Shown here piece after piece: positions 19,901 to 27,465 of a stretch of DNA of 64,000 bases. Every line of letters begins with the position of its first letter. The stretch's first letter is position 1. Origin of the DNA: a virus (Duplodnaviria; Caudoviricetes); IMG/VR virus record IMGVR_UViG_3300044733_004704, positions 67,023 through 131,022 of that record. One strand, written 5' to 3'. Under the pieces are notes generated by a model that saw only the letters and a program-made list of their open reading frames with translations, did not search any database and had not been told where the DNA came from. Position numbers and translations under genes: made by a program.

Positions 19901-22222
19901 GCTCATTACTACTTCGCCCGGCTCTAACAATGCTGGAACTTTGTCTCCTCTTCCGTTACCAGGAACACTTCCTCCTTTAGAGAAACCCAAAATACGACCA
20001 CCGCCACTAGCAGTAGTTGGTCCACCGCCTCCGCCGAAATCTTTTCTATCTAAAGTAGCATCTAAATTAACCAAAGCAGCATAAACATTTTCTAGAGAAC
20101 TATTATTACTAGATAAAGTATTCGTATTATTTTGTAGTGTTGTATTATAGGTAGATAAACTATTACTAATAGCATTAAAATTAGTATTAAAAGTATTGAT
20201 ACCAGCAGACAATTCCTGTATAGCGGTAGTATCTATTCCGGAAGATTTGTTTTTTTCATTTTGTATTTGTTGAATTCTTATTTTTTTTTCTGTACTATTT
20301 AGTGTTTTATCAGTTCTAATATTTCTAATTTGTTGGGCTTGAATTTTTCTTTGTGTAGGATCCTGACCAGAATCTGTCGATGTTAACTTTTGATTATTAA
20401 TAGTATCATTTAAAGTTGATATAGACGATATCAAATTAGTAACTAATGATGGATCTATAACTTGTTCTTTTTCTTTTGAACTTAGATCAATTAAGGATTG
20501 TATTGTTGTAGTAAGAGACGTAAGCTTATCAGAAATACCATTCAAAGCTTCTGTATTCTTTTCAATATCTCTACTAGTTTGTTCTGTTTTAGCTCCAACT
20601 AAACTACTACCCAAATTACTGCCTATAGATCTTGCTATTCCGGGTTGTTCTTCTCCCTCTTGTCCTTTTGGTACTTTCTTTAATCCTCCTATAAAACCAC
20701 CAGCAAATTGAGTAATACCTCGTAAGCTAGCCCCTGCTCCTAATATTGCTAATGCTGGTAGTACTCCTTTTAATGCGCTAGTAATTTTTATTAAACCACT
20801 TGCAAATCCTAAAGCGCCTCTAGCAAGAGTTTGGAATGTGTCGCTTTGACCTAAACTTCTAATTAAACTTAAAAATTCTTCTCTTACTTTAGCTATTTGA
20901 TTAGCAAGACTTAATTGAGCTTTTAATGCGTCTGCTGCTAAACTACCCTGACCAGCTTGTGCGACTTTTAGGGCCTCCTGCGCTGTTGCAAACTGTTGAA
21001 TTAATGGGATAACTTTGCCAATCTGTCTGAATCCACCAAGCTCTTCAACAATTTGACTAAATTTTATATCTCTAGGATCAATTCTATTTAATCCTTCGCT
21101 AAGTAATTGTACCGCTTTATATGCTCCAACAAATTTTCCTTCGGCATCTGTTAGTGTTACTCCAAAGTCTCTTAATGCATCTATTGTTCCTTGTCTTTGA
21201 ATACGAGTAAAAATAGTTCTTAAACCGGTAGCAATAGTTTCTGCGCTTTCGCGTGTTGTAGCACGAACACTTGTAAAAACAGCAATAAACTCATTTAGAG
21301 CATCTGTTCCTTCGCTTACTCCTTTGCTGGCATTTGCAAACACACCACCAGTACGTTGAATAGCAGCAATAATATCACTAGACTCAACAGCAAATGCTGC
21401 CGCAACACTATTAACACTACCCAATGCTTTTTCTAGTTCTTTGGCACTAATACCAAACTGTCTCATTAATGCAATAGAACCTTCTACTGTTTGATTAATA
21501 TCGTCAAAACTTGGAGCAAGGCTACTACGGGCTAATGCCTCTAATGCTGCTCTAGTTTCTGTTGCACTTAAACCAGCCTGTGCTAAGGTGCTAGAAACCT
21601 GAACTAAACTATCAGAGCTAACACCAAGATTGATAGATAGTCTAGTAATTTCATTTTGTAGATCTTGTAATCCTTCGGCATTTTTGCCAGTTACTTGTTG
21701 TAATTTTACTAATTCTTTATCAAACTCTATAAAGCTTTTTAAACCATTATTAATTGCTCTATTAAGACTAAAAAAGACTCCTGTTACAGCACTAAATGCT
21801 GCGAAACGACGAACGGCCAAGGCGCTTTGACGACCAAACTCTTCCATCTCTGTTCTTGCTACGCTAACATTTTTAGCTGTTTTAGTAAGAGATGATCCAA
21901 CATTATCTGCGCTTTTTGTTGTTTTGTCTAAATTAGATGATAATTTATTAGAAGAACCACTAATAGATGTGACACTTTGACCAAAACTCTTTATGGCAGA
22001 AGAGGCTGCTCTGGCATTGGTTGACACATTAGCTAGATTGGCATTTAATTCTTGTAACGACTTACTTAACCTCGAAGTATTATTTATGCTTGCTGGATCA
22101 ATATTAAATTTTATATCACCAGTAATAGTTCCTAGTTGTTTTTTAACATCCGAAACTATCTGTCTAACATTTGATGGTCCACGCAAATTTAATTGTGCGG
22201 TTAGATTAAAGGCTTGTGCCAT
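7982..22222 (-). CDS. tail tape measure protein (4746 aa) with internal cargo domains
   Basis: N-terminal TP901-type tape-measure core, long Ala/Gln/Lys-rich helical tracts, repeated DTVPAMLTPGEFV-type motifs, position after tube and chaperone genes. Confidence 0.9.
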   Translation of the reverse strand: MAQAFNLTAQLNLRGPSNVRQIVSDVKKQLGTITGDIKFNIDPASINNTSRLSKSLQELNANLANVSTNARAASSAIKSFGQSVTSISGSSNKLSSNLDKTTKSADNVGSSLTKTAKNVSVARTEMEEFGRQSALAVRRFAAFSAVTGVFFSLNRAINNGLKSFIEFDKELVKLQQVTGKNAEGLQDLQNEITRLSINLGVSSDSLVQVSSTLAQAGLSATETRAALEALARSSLAPSFDDINQTVEGSIALMRQFGISAKELEKALGSVNSVAAAFAVESSDIIAAIQRTGGVFANASKGVSEGTDALNEFIAVFTSVRATTRESAETIATGLRTIFTRIQRQGTIDALRDFGVTLTDAEGKFVGAYKAVQLLSEGLNRIDPRDIKFSQIVEELGGFRQIGKVIPLIQQFATAQEALKVAQAGQGSLAADALKAQLSLANQIAKVREEFLSLIRSLGQSDTFQTLARGALGFASGLIKITSALKGVLPALAILGAGASLRGITQFAGGFIGGLKKVPKGQEGEEQPGIARSIGSNLGSSLVGAKTEQTSRDIEKNTEALNGISDKLTSLTTTIQSLIDLSSKEKEQVIDPSLVTNLISSISTLNDTINNQKLTSTDSGQDPTQRKIQAQQIRNIRTDKTLNSTEKKIRIQQIQNEKNKSSGIDTTAIQELSAGINTFNTNFNAISNSLSTYNTTLQNNTNTLSSNNSSLENVYAALVNLDATLDRKDFGGGGGPTTASGGGRILGFSKGGSVPGNGRGDKVPALLEPGEVVMSNRAVNKYGRGNLVRMNRYAKGDQVRKIVPQNNTLNKSHIGSDIQISKKNLQNYARNYRSKEFFASAYDNAGVTKQQLESGDFDFNNLIKKMQLRIKDRVILNLPSNWNQALRANNPNLVSQNDLANFIATSEDSLFVGQYGRLPKNDKKDTRQQLVTAIKSLPTKQYTNKNNPPPSEFPSISSFDIDSELDSLKRIITQDNLEESSYIDLLFKPSKFGSSYVSGATGLQRTRTQSRSGAYKELLNSGGLIKKFAGGGEALQSKLSTIRTLLGEFYGSDEQLISKSISNSMIIDEARADKIIANLESSRSQLPLFKKLFSEKSSSVGVLNGFPVARYDAIGGLQSMRFDELKDEETIREFIKRGKLATQASRGPVGKRMVYGDQKAARRRFAVGGTVENIAAKEKKSIETVILEQLSSFGDASGVKKILGLGAGEREISSILNASNIRAGKNIEKAIKFINRALAKTGKTDAAREAKEAAMRKVAIAGLFPLDYNKDFSDWKLEDGREIYGYVRGFQSSFLPQIEAMQEANRATRQKFAEDIQDTAALGGLGNRNIQGPIQPLAIDFDETLALGTKMLDENGKEDLPAYSDRKKVMESLAQARPTSLAKRLASIEQKNPGYVRMYSRILTARPQSTADIIASTLNRFGLPYLEQDVTGVSQGLGTNIAKAKAANVAAAEKLIDDSEENIRATMAAGKSTFRYGEVPELKGPAEEKFGQSNIEGGMLEAALSQLLGYNINVDALQRNRAIDFPQGLGRGAQLFGLPPNIETEVKRTLDGDSFSKAREEFSRYFTENPQAYAKGGAATIGSGSFKFPKRISNAYVREMEKLLEQEQMEKVFSTYPGNERMIVDEEAVQKGYESPFSRELFINSFKDKISRNTVFERMGQFARVIGLPPTDFLSAIPTQLDFGVNYPATALFNKDPSGPGTRGLQGVDLTPYGYTEQDKQDLFGYTKLIEEKKKQILKTIKTSVTTYEDGSFGYDVALTEKLRAELEDLQKQQRSLIDKNNVAIKAAKESRLQSANQSGRGSVGIATNPFNTSQRQDYSILYHELTHQLFNSLRTKNAQSFEAYKAKVASLFSGNNDDVADAFDALVGNTGYNSADVAYGRSYKLSGLSSLMIGSAKKESFEKYVNSDPEYVPELRKTWAETQSTTNAKAFKPLNPRVNDILLRGKISQDVIDKYEDNGKEEFLTTLVQKLPLLDENLSGILDSTLDDLLGGAGISRQKLSVGGLISKLKGGGSVPALVSNGEAFVPPKLAKQIGYGKLERMNQADKNGMTEFSEGGISVFKGPGNGTSDSIPTNLPVGSFVIREKATKALGLNSGGAVGVRKFKDGDKVSYRKHATGIQAPVPDLGFLKTSAILLADSFRTTEQIISNGYSAWQEIDKVAPVLANALDRYFSTINGTVEDASLMMQSYRAVAVSLAKQGKSAAEIDAIMTNYIDALNKGIDAYQNSAPIEPPKSATTYAVTPPSPQIPPDPDDTSTTPKTSLPRTPPPVPKSAEQKLAAAENEAIAQRIETKQNIKSEYDPVYRGASSKEDKQAIQDDARSKFQAADATIQANKAAQQQAILQELLAQKAKEANQSTAEYISGLQQEIDARSVDIMEQDFSNALGPEAPSAPEARQQALNETISSRGLQAFNVPGLGEGTDLNSIIAQVSKNNDLAAEADKAKAAAATRAADALELMRLKAEQNGQTLSQYQSNLKQNILNLAKDLQKSAPGKISKFNETAVSLRGDINSGDEDKITKAKEQLAKQLADLGTNLESSQITTIIDDLAASMGDTDKTFVDIINNSQELQEAFKQSSTDATALQSATQKLSVSLGIPEEALQKLASSAELAASNLYDKNVAAAQKMASTLAKTSLAIGGIGSVISSTIKSLGGSENKDTAVLSTGISSVASTVSTLGASLSQLPGGIKFVLDTMQGMGGGIGKVATSLAPKIMGFIASPMALVGASLAGGAVAIAAGFKEAYNAAREFDLQTSQKRVDESLSRVSDLFAQFEKDTTNIDFLSKIDSELSYGSKQLMKNLETDLKVPKAMWANLLDLDGGSQAAGRSMILEKEGIGSYISSVFSNNAQQAAIGRIAPEKAVETAQKVQPQGQNILKQFENKLRSGMDMDTILAELNAAGNQSAEVLARMNPKINEQIMLIENDRNISEQRKSAIIKEITTSEANRVASVNMKNSMKQIEFEKLGRQTNNFATSLERMFNGMEQAINKTDFELSKLSRSAELSAAALSGNAKAGDVMLDSINVLQNPRAYSGQEQGAAFDQAAGFFGSQADLVRPLLGLGDKLESTVMSTINRSVQANPTGSTEGIASNIRNALDAQLKDLGLPPNIADKLAGQTKLAFEKIRSERGGEDTRLNFDQITEEVPAFAKAISSAQRAQELAVKAMEFYQKNLNEYAQAMNQMVDFQIEANNRMRKASEVQAKGAMELAKTLGQTVSLTETRNVTEAPIRSMTGGLTNPGDIGRNVVNLEAQRRTLQTAADNAGNRGPAAKDEFAVMQNRLRNTNVALRENIDALKQMADSTDLAQAALAKIQEVQARRQAGANLIEKMVTSNPEELARLNASIGRLNNNMRGGLNVGSTAEQRGESLQAFNMLAPLLGDGQQQNELKANVLESMLKESGVGIDSTFQSVLDSLRNPEGDPQMAEAISVYRESLAKQTQANDILGELQRMMSENTAEIAATKLATAISSVPLTFDQQVFNDIRDNIQKLVEIVGKRDEEGKDPIPAQNKRKGGVIYASMGRAIDFAPKGTDTVPAMLTPGEFVVNRAATKANLPLLQNINSKKYSNGGKVRYYNEGGYVLAGGVATAGTGKDDDAPKLQEAVSQSTEKQKTAKNAEQATKLKLPILEQYGDKDFKKLGTIQTDNFIAVGNRGKSGIGESFERIYLGEKIGTLYNNYGSITGTKKAELPKYQKSLFWGIQDIDSIIGSEKQLTKSDIYKNGKDGEFTDLILGYQSLYTKLMEGPSGNTKIETFIKEINTEPLPNISPNFSRKPKRRTRRDGDYKGYSYLKVVEDLIQDNEKSYWGIFDEIPRILKQGGVGFEGVSPFTLADSPAKFAAYVNTPPRVLAGKDLQQDNLDSHNKVDLVNNTIQVIQKTRQALKALSLFDDKILDPGEGAGEKVDTSTVESDASIYNKETLASLDALYKNRIFHTSIGDPDFVKKPITLYNMAEEKWNTIQSDPNYQKAVEDNTAMSNWNDTISIIPIVNNQPNTDNKRQFPWITNDTKLDVSNLKLAQKEFNTEAGDALFKVTETPIGSAGGRFFIPAKTITGNLLNTTSRNYGSPYEYTYIPPKAGDPKLNPLYNTEKPILYAGTSLNEYLGARLPSWNTDTGEMPPVNEEFGSLSSLKLNGQYIGGISSVDPSEFRVIKDLPEDIKPYIIPSSDGTNPILESMTIDATEYQKARDERIKAKEMELTKERASKVTGDRFKKLSTAESAFTTATRTKLAQEIQRIASTTLSAYGIGVPSITKIEDVGGVAGYLNNYLKKIDNKSPQWAEINAWRALFSELYQPGGIGKDAESRIPATVAYLKTFGVDVEKGTVDADGIKQIIAREKAIAISKNASGEIPEDSLKSLDLEASKTKLYTVDKDGNKTEIKSDNIKNPKTIQDVERIGLAPENLFENSEKRQSYLKVLSDYFTKNNLSEFAAAAEGLKPWYTAQDTLLNAGLNNDMLQGSLDALNGNAPKPNTTAGGDRNLEDPVTTIGNKDNYIQHHKLLTADKYGELPDTNRMKDLITVRIQESKTEEQKPENQQALARGGIVYASNGSFINFRPKGTDTVPAMLTPGEFVINRASTQKYRPVLEAINNGNYSRGGIVNYLSGGGYLPLYREGGGGTPAGSGFDFTSFMNNIMVSVSSSITEAFNKAVSALKQPNNSSGGVSNSGGDISSIDNFVNRLNNIANILSNIYIPPQITITGKHDVVVTINGDTVLNQLRPDMAGIAISAIRSAFQDLKAKNPENNTINFDIDINPNDIA

Positions 22223-22248
22223 AATAGATCAAATTCCTAGGTAAAGAT

Positions 22249-22289
22249 AAAAATATTCCCCGATTAGAATTTCTTCTAGCCGGGGAATA
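22249..22289 (-). terminator. hairpin plus T-run in the leader of the tape measure gene
   Basis: Minus strand TATTCCCCG-GCTAGAA-GAAA-TTCTAAT-CGGGGAATA followed by TTTTT. Confidence 0.55.
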
Positions 22290-22319
22290 ATATAACCCAG
22301 TATAATATACACTAATTTA

Positions 22320-23228
22320 TTAATTTGTTGAAACTGTTTGTTCTGTTGGTGCAGAAACTTGGGGTTGGGTATCAACCGCTTGGGAAACTGCTTCAACAGA
22401 TGGTTCAACTTTATCATCTTTGGGTTGTTCCTCATCTAAAATAATTGGATTTCCATTTTCATCAAGGAATGGTTGACTATCAACAAGATACTCTCCATCT
22501 TTGTCTACTTTGTTACCGAACTTATCAACAAAGTTACCCTCTTCATCAATAAATCTACCACTCTCATCTATTAGTCTGCCTTCTCTATCTATTAGCCTAC
22601 CCTTTTTGTCTACCAAGCGTAATTTCTCATCAATAAATTTAAATTTCTTTAAAAATTTATTTTCTGGTAAATTAGTTTCATAGTCATTATCTAAGCCATA
22701 TAACATGTTAGCCAAATTTTGAGCACCCATTATAGCAACCTTCTCGGTTGAGCTATTTAGATACTCTTCCATATTTTTATATACTGGTTGTTTAGTATCA
22801 TTATACACCAAACAAACACTTACTAAATAATTAAATCTACTATTATCAGCTTGACCTTCTGCGCTATGATTATCCAAGCTGGTACGAACACTAATAAGAT
22901 CTCGTATTTCATCACGAATACTCTTCATTTTAATAGCTAGGTCTTTAGCTTCATTTAAACTAAAACCGCCTTTAGCCAAGCGTTTTTCGCCCTCTAGAAG
23001 CTCTCGTTGAAGCTCTGTAAATTTAGCTTGTTTTTCGTCATTCCATAGTCCCTGATCTTCTAATAGATCATCGAGTTTAGCTCTTACAACACTTTTACTT
23101 TTAATAGCATCTGTAAAAGCCTGATTATAAATTTTTTGAGCTTCTCTCTGGTTATCTAATGTTGGGCTTCGAACCAAATATTCTTTTTCAACACCGTCTA
23201 CTTCTAATTTAAATGTTTTTGTCTTCAT
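22320..23228 (-). CDS. putative tail assembly chaperone with 7-aa xxDxxGx repeats
   Basis: Position between tube and tape measure; LVDKKGR LIDREGR LIDESGR FIDEEGN FVDKFGN KVDKDGE. Confidence 0.6.
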   Translation of the reverse strand: MKTKTFKLEVDGVEKEYLVRSPTLDNQREAQKIYNQAFTDAIKSKSVVRAKLDDLLEDQGLWNDEKQAKFTELQRELLEGEKRLAKGGFSLNEAKDLAIKMKSIRDEIRDLISVRTSLDNHSAEGQADNSRFNYLVSVCLVYNDTKQPVYKNMEEYLNSSTEKVAIMGAQNLANMLYGLDNDYETNLPENKFLKKFKFIDEKLRLVDKKGRLIDREGRLIDESGRFIDEEGNFVDKFGNKVDKDGEYLVDSQPFLDENGNPIILDEEQPKDDKVEPSVEAVSQAVDTQPQVSAPTEQTVSTN

Positions 23229-23512
23229 ACATCCTTCTCCTGTTTAAGATTAAATTTATAGGTATACTTACTATTTGTTTTATTTTGTGATAAAAATTTT
23301 TTTAAATCATCTAGTGCTGCTCGTGCTTGTTTATTGCCATTATTTAGTATGCTATTTCTGGTAAATTCCCAAGCGTCCCATACCGGACTATTGTCTGGTT
23401 CATTTTCCCAAACATGACCGAAATTATCTTCGAATCTTGCTAATGCTCCAATCATAGTGGTTTGAAATCTTTTATATATATTATCTAGTAATTGTTGTTC
23501 ATCATGAGTCAT
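23225..23512 (-). CDS. hypothetical protein
   Basis: 95-aa ORF tightly packed in the tail operon. Confidence 0.6.
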   Translation of the reverse strand: MTHDEQQLLDNIYKRFQTTMIGALARFEDNFGHVWENEPDNSPVWDAWEFTRNSILNNGNKQARAALDDLKKFLSQNKTNSKYTYKFNLKQEKDV

Positions 23513-23514
23513 AT

Positions 23515-24540
23515 TTATTTCCTATTTTTATTTTGTTGATTAAGTTGATTTCTTAGATCCATCTGTACATCTGGTAATTTGCTTTCTTCTGTTATTCCAA
23601 ACTTATTAACATGAGATATTTTACTTCTCATTTTATTTAATCCTTCCATATTATTTAAACCAATAATTTCTTCTGCTTCTTGTTGGTTATTTGCGAATAA
23701 GAAAACTTCCTGGGCATTTTTAAGCTTAGGATTCAAAGTATCTATCTGATGTTGCTTTTTTTCTTTTTCTATTTTACGTCTTTGAGTTATCATCCATCCA
23801 TCTAAAGCGTCGTTATCTTCAATAACTTCATCACTTGGACATTCTGGATGTTCATAAACTCTGTCATACATTTGACTAATACCAATTAGTGTTCTTTGAT
23901 CATCTGATAGTTGATTTTCGAATAAGTTATTTTTTTTAGTATTCCAATACGATCTCCAAATATTACTTCTTGCTAATTTTTTAAAATCCTCTAAAGATAT
24001 AGAGTATTTATTTAGTTCATTAACAATAGTATTAAATAACAGATAGTTATTATTATTATTCTTATTATCAAATACTAAATTATTATTTTTATATAGCGTT
24101 TGAGTAATAATAAATTCGTTTTTTATACTATTAGCATATCCTTCTAATGTATTAGAATACAGCTCTTCTTTTTTGCTTAAAATAGAATTTAACTGTTTTT
24201 TATAACTATCTAGATTTTTTTTGATATTTTTTCTTTTATCTGTTAATTTAAATGCGCTATAGTAGTCTACTTTAGCATTGTCTATTTTTTTTTCAATATC
24301 CTTAATTATCATAGATGTATCTTTTGTCCATAAATTTAAATATATCAGTAGGTTGTCTAAATTGTCCTCTCTTAACCAATCATTGTATTTTTCATCGTTA
24401 ATAATATTATTGTATAATATTTGAGCTTCATATTTTAAATCTATAGTTGCTGATCGTAATATGTATTTATCATTATTGATGTAAAATATTAAATATCCAT
24501 TAAAAATTCTATATAGTAATAATTCAAGATCCTCATTCAT
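23515..24540 (-). CDS. putative tail assembly protein
   Basis: 341-aa helical ORF after the tail tube; YEHPECPSDEVIEDNDALDGW motif. Confidence 0.55.
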   Translation of the reverse strand: MNEDLELLLYRIFNGYLIFYINNDKYILRSATIDLKYEAQILYNNIINDEKYNDWLREDNLDNLLIYLNLWTKDTSMIIKDIEKKIDNAKVDYYSAFKLTDKRKNIKKNLDSYKKQLNSILSKKEELYSNTLEGYANSIKNEFIITQTLYKNNNLVFDNKNNNNNYLLFNTIVNELNKYSISLEDFKKLARSNIWRSYWNTKKNNLFENQLSDDQRTLIGISQMYDRVYEHPECPSDEVIEDNDALDGWMITQRRKIEKEKKQHQIDTLNPKLKNAQEVFLFANNQQEAEEIIGLNNMEGLNKMRSKISHVNKFGITEESKLPDVQMDLRNQLNQQNKNRK

Positions 24541-24711
24541 CCGAACTTTCTGAACTAATATTCTTTAAATTTTGAATCTGATTTTCCTTGTCCTGAAGTT
24601 GCTGTCGCATAATTTCTAATACCTTTTGGGTATTATACATATCAACATACAACTTACCTATAATATTAAACAATTCGTCCATACATCCATTTCCGTAACT
24701 ATCGAATCGTA

Positions 24712-25821
24712 TCAGTCACCGAGAATGTTAGCATCATCAACAGCATCTACCCAACTAGCAGCTTTAAACGAACCACTAGCATCAACAACAAACTTGTTAA
24801 AAGTCTGATAACTATAGGTTACGGTAGCATTATCTCCACCAGCTTCTCCACCAGTATAGTTAACACTAGTAAGTTTATTTTTATTACCAATATCAATGAT
24901 TAAAGCATCATTAATACCACTACCGCACATAACAATTTTAACAGATTTATCTTGGAGATTTTTGTAAACAACATCGCATCCAACTTGGCCAGCAAAATCT
25001 TTGCCTTCTACAAAATCGCCACTAGAAGCAACAATTTCAAATTCACTAGTTACTTCTACTGGAAATGTTACATAACGATAGTATGGAGCCATAGCACCAA
25101 GTTCGTTAATAGCTTCGCGACCAAGATCCATACTAATAGTAACATTTTGTAGGTATGGCATTGTTCTGCCTGCTGGAATTGGAATACCTCCACCAGCACC
25201 TGTTGGAACAACGCTTGCTTCGCTGTTAAACTTGTAACGACGACCAATAGCTGGTGCTGTCATACTGCCGGTTGCAAAAGATGTTTGGGCAAATGCATCA
25301 ACAGCTCCGCCGAGAACACTAGTACCACTATTCCAATATTTGTTATTACCAACAAGAGTAACATCTTCTGTAGCATTACCGTCTACCGGAATGGTAAAAC
25401 TAACACTACTAAGATACATACCAGAGCAATCCACATAAGCTGATGGAGTTCCTGTGGCAGACGCTTGAGTATCATCAAATATACTCAATCTAAAATTAAC
25501 TCTGTTATTGGCTAAGGCAACAAGCTCTTTGTTGACAGCAGAGTCTATTCCGCCATTACCACCCATACAAAGAAGATACAAAGGTGGTGTTCCATCAATA
25601 ACCTTATTCATAGTTACTTCTACTTCTGGAACATCTTCAACGTTTTCATATAGTTCGATTTGGCCTAGTTGAAAAACTTGTTCCAAACCGAAATTTGTTG
25701 TGATTCCGGCACTTTGTACGCCTCTTGGAAAATACCAGTTACTATAAACAAGAGACCCCGTGTCATTTTGAGGTTTTAGGGCCACGGCTTGAGTTGCATA
25801 AAAAATTCTATTTTGTGCCAT
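24712..25821 (-). CDS. major tail (tube) protein
   Basis: 369 aa, beta-rich with internal duplication (GVQSAGITTNFGLEQVFQLG / LQNVTISMDLGREAINELG), GGAG RBS, position upstream of chaperones and tape measure. Confidence 0.7.
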   Translation of the reverse strand: MAQNRIFYATQAVALKPQNDTGSLVYSNWYFPRGVQSAGITTNFGLEQVFQLGQIELYENVEDVPEVEVTMNKVIDGTPPLYLLCMGGNGGIDSAVNKELVALANNRVNFRLSIFDDTQASATGTPSAYVDCSGMYLSSVSFTIPVDGNATEDVTLVGNNKYWNSGTSVLGGAVDAFAQTSFATGSMTAPAIGRRYKFNSEASVVPTGAGGGIPIPAGRTMPYLQNVTISMDLGREAINELGAMAPYYRYVTFPVEVTSEFEIVASSGDFVEGKDFAGQVGCDVVYKNLQDKSVKIVMCGSGINDALIIDIGNKNKLTSVNYTGGEAGGDNATVTYSYQTFNKFVVDASGSFKAASWVDAVDDANILGD

Positions 25822-25885
25822 TGAAGAATCTCCATTATATGGGATATTGTATTGGTATTAAGTAATACACCTTTTTTTAATTAAA

Positions 25886-26812
25886 CTAGGGAAAAATTTC
25901 TATTGACCATCTAACTATGCCATTGTATAATGAGCTGCTCAAACTATTTAATTCTCCAATGGTACTATCCTTTATAGTACACCAATAGTTAGAAAAATTC
26001 TGTGAGATAAATGAATAATTATATCCGCTAGGATTGATATTACCAAATCTATTTAGAGCATAGCGATTATTTTTAACTACTTCAGAAATATCATATAAAC
26101 TTAATGTTTTGTCTTTTTGGTGAATTAAAATATCTATTAAGGTATTGCGCTGATTAGCATTTTCACTATAAACGTGTAAAAATACATCTTGTATAATTAT
26201 ATTATCATATGTACCTAATTGTCTAGGAATCTGAACAGTTCTTGGTATTAATTCTACTATTATGGCTGGAAGTTGAACTCTATGAACACTGGTTATGCTA
26301 AAGTCTTGTTTATTAAAATTAGATGGATTATAGGTTTCTTTTTGTACTTCTTTCCACCAAATATTATCACTACTTTTATATACTTGAACATATCTATACG
26401 AATAATTGGCCAAAATAGAACTTTTAGGTGATACAGGATTATTAAAAACTATTTGACCAAGAGGATAATTAACATTGTATCCGTAATTTCCGCTGCCTGT
26501 TGGGGCGGGCAAAAAAGTATTATTTAGATAAATACCAGAAAATGCTATAGGACTACCACTTTCATAAACAATACCGCTTTCGTATATCCAGTCTTTGCGC
26601 GGCGATTGCCATACTTTATCTTTTAACGATGGATCCTCAGCGTTTTTTAGAATATGAAAAGATCCACCTGAGATTCCACTTGTTGGAATATTAACATTAA
26701 CAAATCCTCCAATATGTAAAAACGACCAATCTAAAAAACTTTTTACATTATCTTCTAATAATGATATACGATGTTTATTGGTAATGGATGATACATTATG
26801 AAAAGTTGTCAT
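25886..26812 (-). CDS. putative tail terminator/completion protein
   Basis: Position directly before the tube gene; VQLPAIIVE...QDVFLHVYSEN..QRNTLIDIL pattern. Confidence 0.55.
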   Translation of the reverse strand: MTTFHNVSSITNKHRISLLEDNVKSFLDWSFLHIGGFVNVNIPTSGISGGSFHILKNAEDPSLKDKVWQSPRKDWIYESGIVYESGSPIAFSGIYLNNTFLPAPTGSGNYGYNVNYPLGQIVFNNPVSPKSSILANYSYRYVQVYKSSDNIWWKEVQKETYNPSNFNKQDFSITSVHRVQLPAIIVELIPRTVQIPRQLGTYDNIIIQDVFLHVYSENANQRNTLIDILIHQKDKTLSLYDISEVVKNNRYALNRFGNINPSGYNYSFISQNFSNYWCTIKDSTIGELNSLSSSLYNGIVRWSIEIFP

Positions 26813-27465
26813 AAACTATTTTCTAAATTAGATTGAATAATTTGACCTATAGCTTTTTCTATTTTGCTGATTGCTCTTGTTGTCCAGTTATTTTCTGGTG
26901 TGCCACTAAAATTTGATGGTACTCTCCAACTAGAATCGGACTTAATCATGATCGCTAATCCACTACGAGATCTAGAACTACTACTATAGTTTACACTATA
27001 ATTTTGTACTAAAGACTCGTTTCCTTTTAATAATAACCATTCTAGCCACGGTAAAGAATAGTCTCCTTTTCTATCTACTACACTAGCAATATCTGTATAT
27101 ATAATTCCATTAATATCATCACTTTTAATCATTGTAAAAATAAAACCACCAGATAAACCATTACCAGTAGTTTTAATAGGGTTTTCTTTTATCTGAATAG
27201 TATTAACCATTGCTTCTATAACTTTATCAACAGATTCTGGGTCGCTTATACCAAGCTCTGCTCGTAATGTACCAGCTTTTAATGAAGCATATTCTGGTTC
27301 ACCGATAAGAGCTTCTTTAACCAAATTTTTAATTTCCAGAGTAATTTTAGGCAAAATTTTTTGTATGTGTTTAGAAATTTGATCTTTTAAATTTTCAAGA
27401 ATAACTTTAGTAATATCTATATTTTTATCAATTAGATCCAAGGAAAATTTCATTTCTTTTTCCAT
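26809..27465 (-). CDS. putative neck/tail completion protein
   Basis: Synteny; LPWLEWLL and NNWTTRAI motifs; true start may be the internal MKFS ATG near 27453. Confidence 0.5.
   Translation of the reverse strand: MEKEMKFSLDLIDKNIDITKVILENLKDQISKHIQKILPKITLEIKNLVKEALIGEPEYASLKAGTLRAELGISDPESVDKVIEAMVNTIQIKENPIKTTGNGLSGGFIFTMIKSDDINGIIYTDIASVVDRKGDYSLPWLEWLLLKGNESLVQNYSVNYSSSSRSRSGLAIMIKSDSSWRVPSNFSGTPENNWTTRAISKIEKAIGQIIQSNLENSL

Noticed and set aside
22320-24540. Programmed frameshift between tail chaperone genes
   Set aside because: No convincing slippery site at the ORF junctions; each ORF has its own start.
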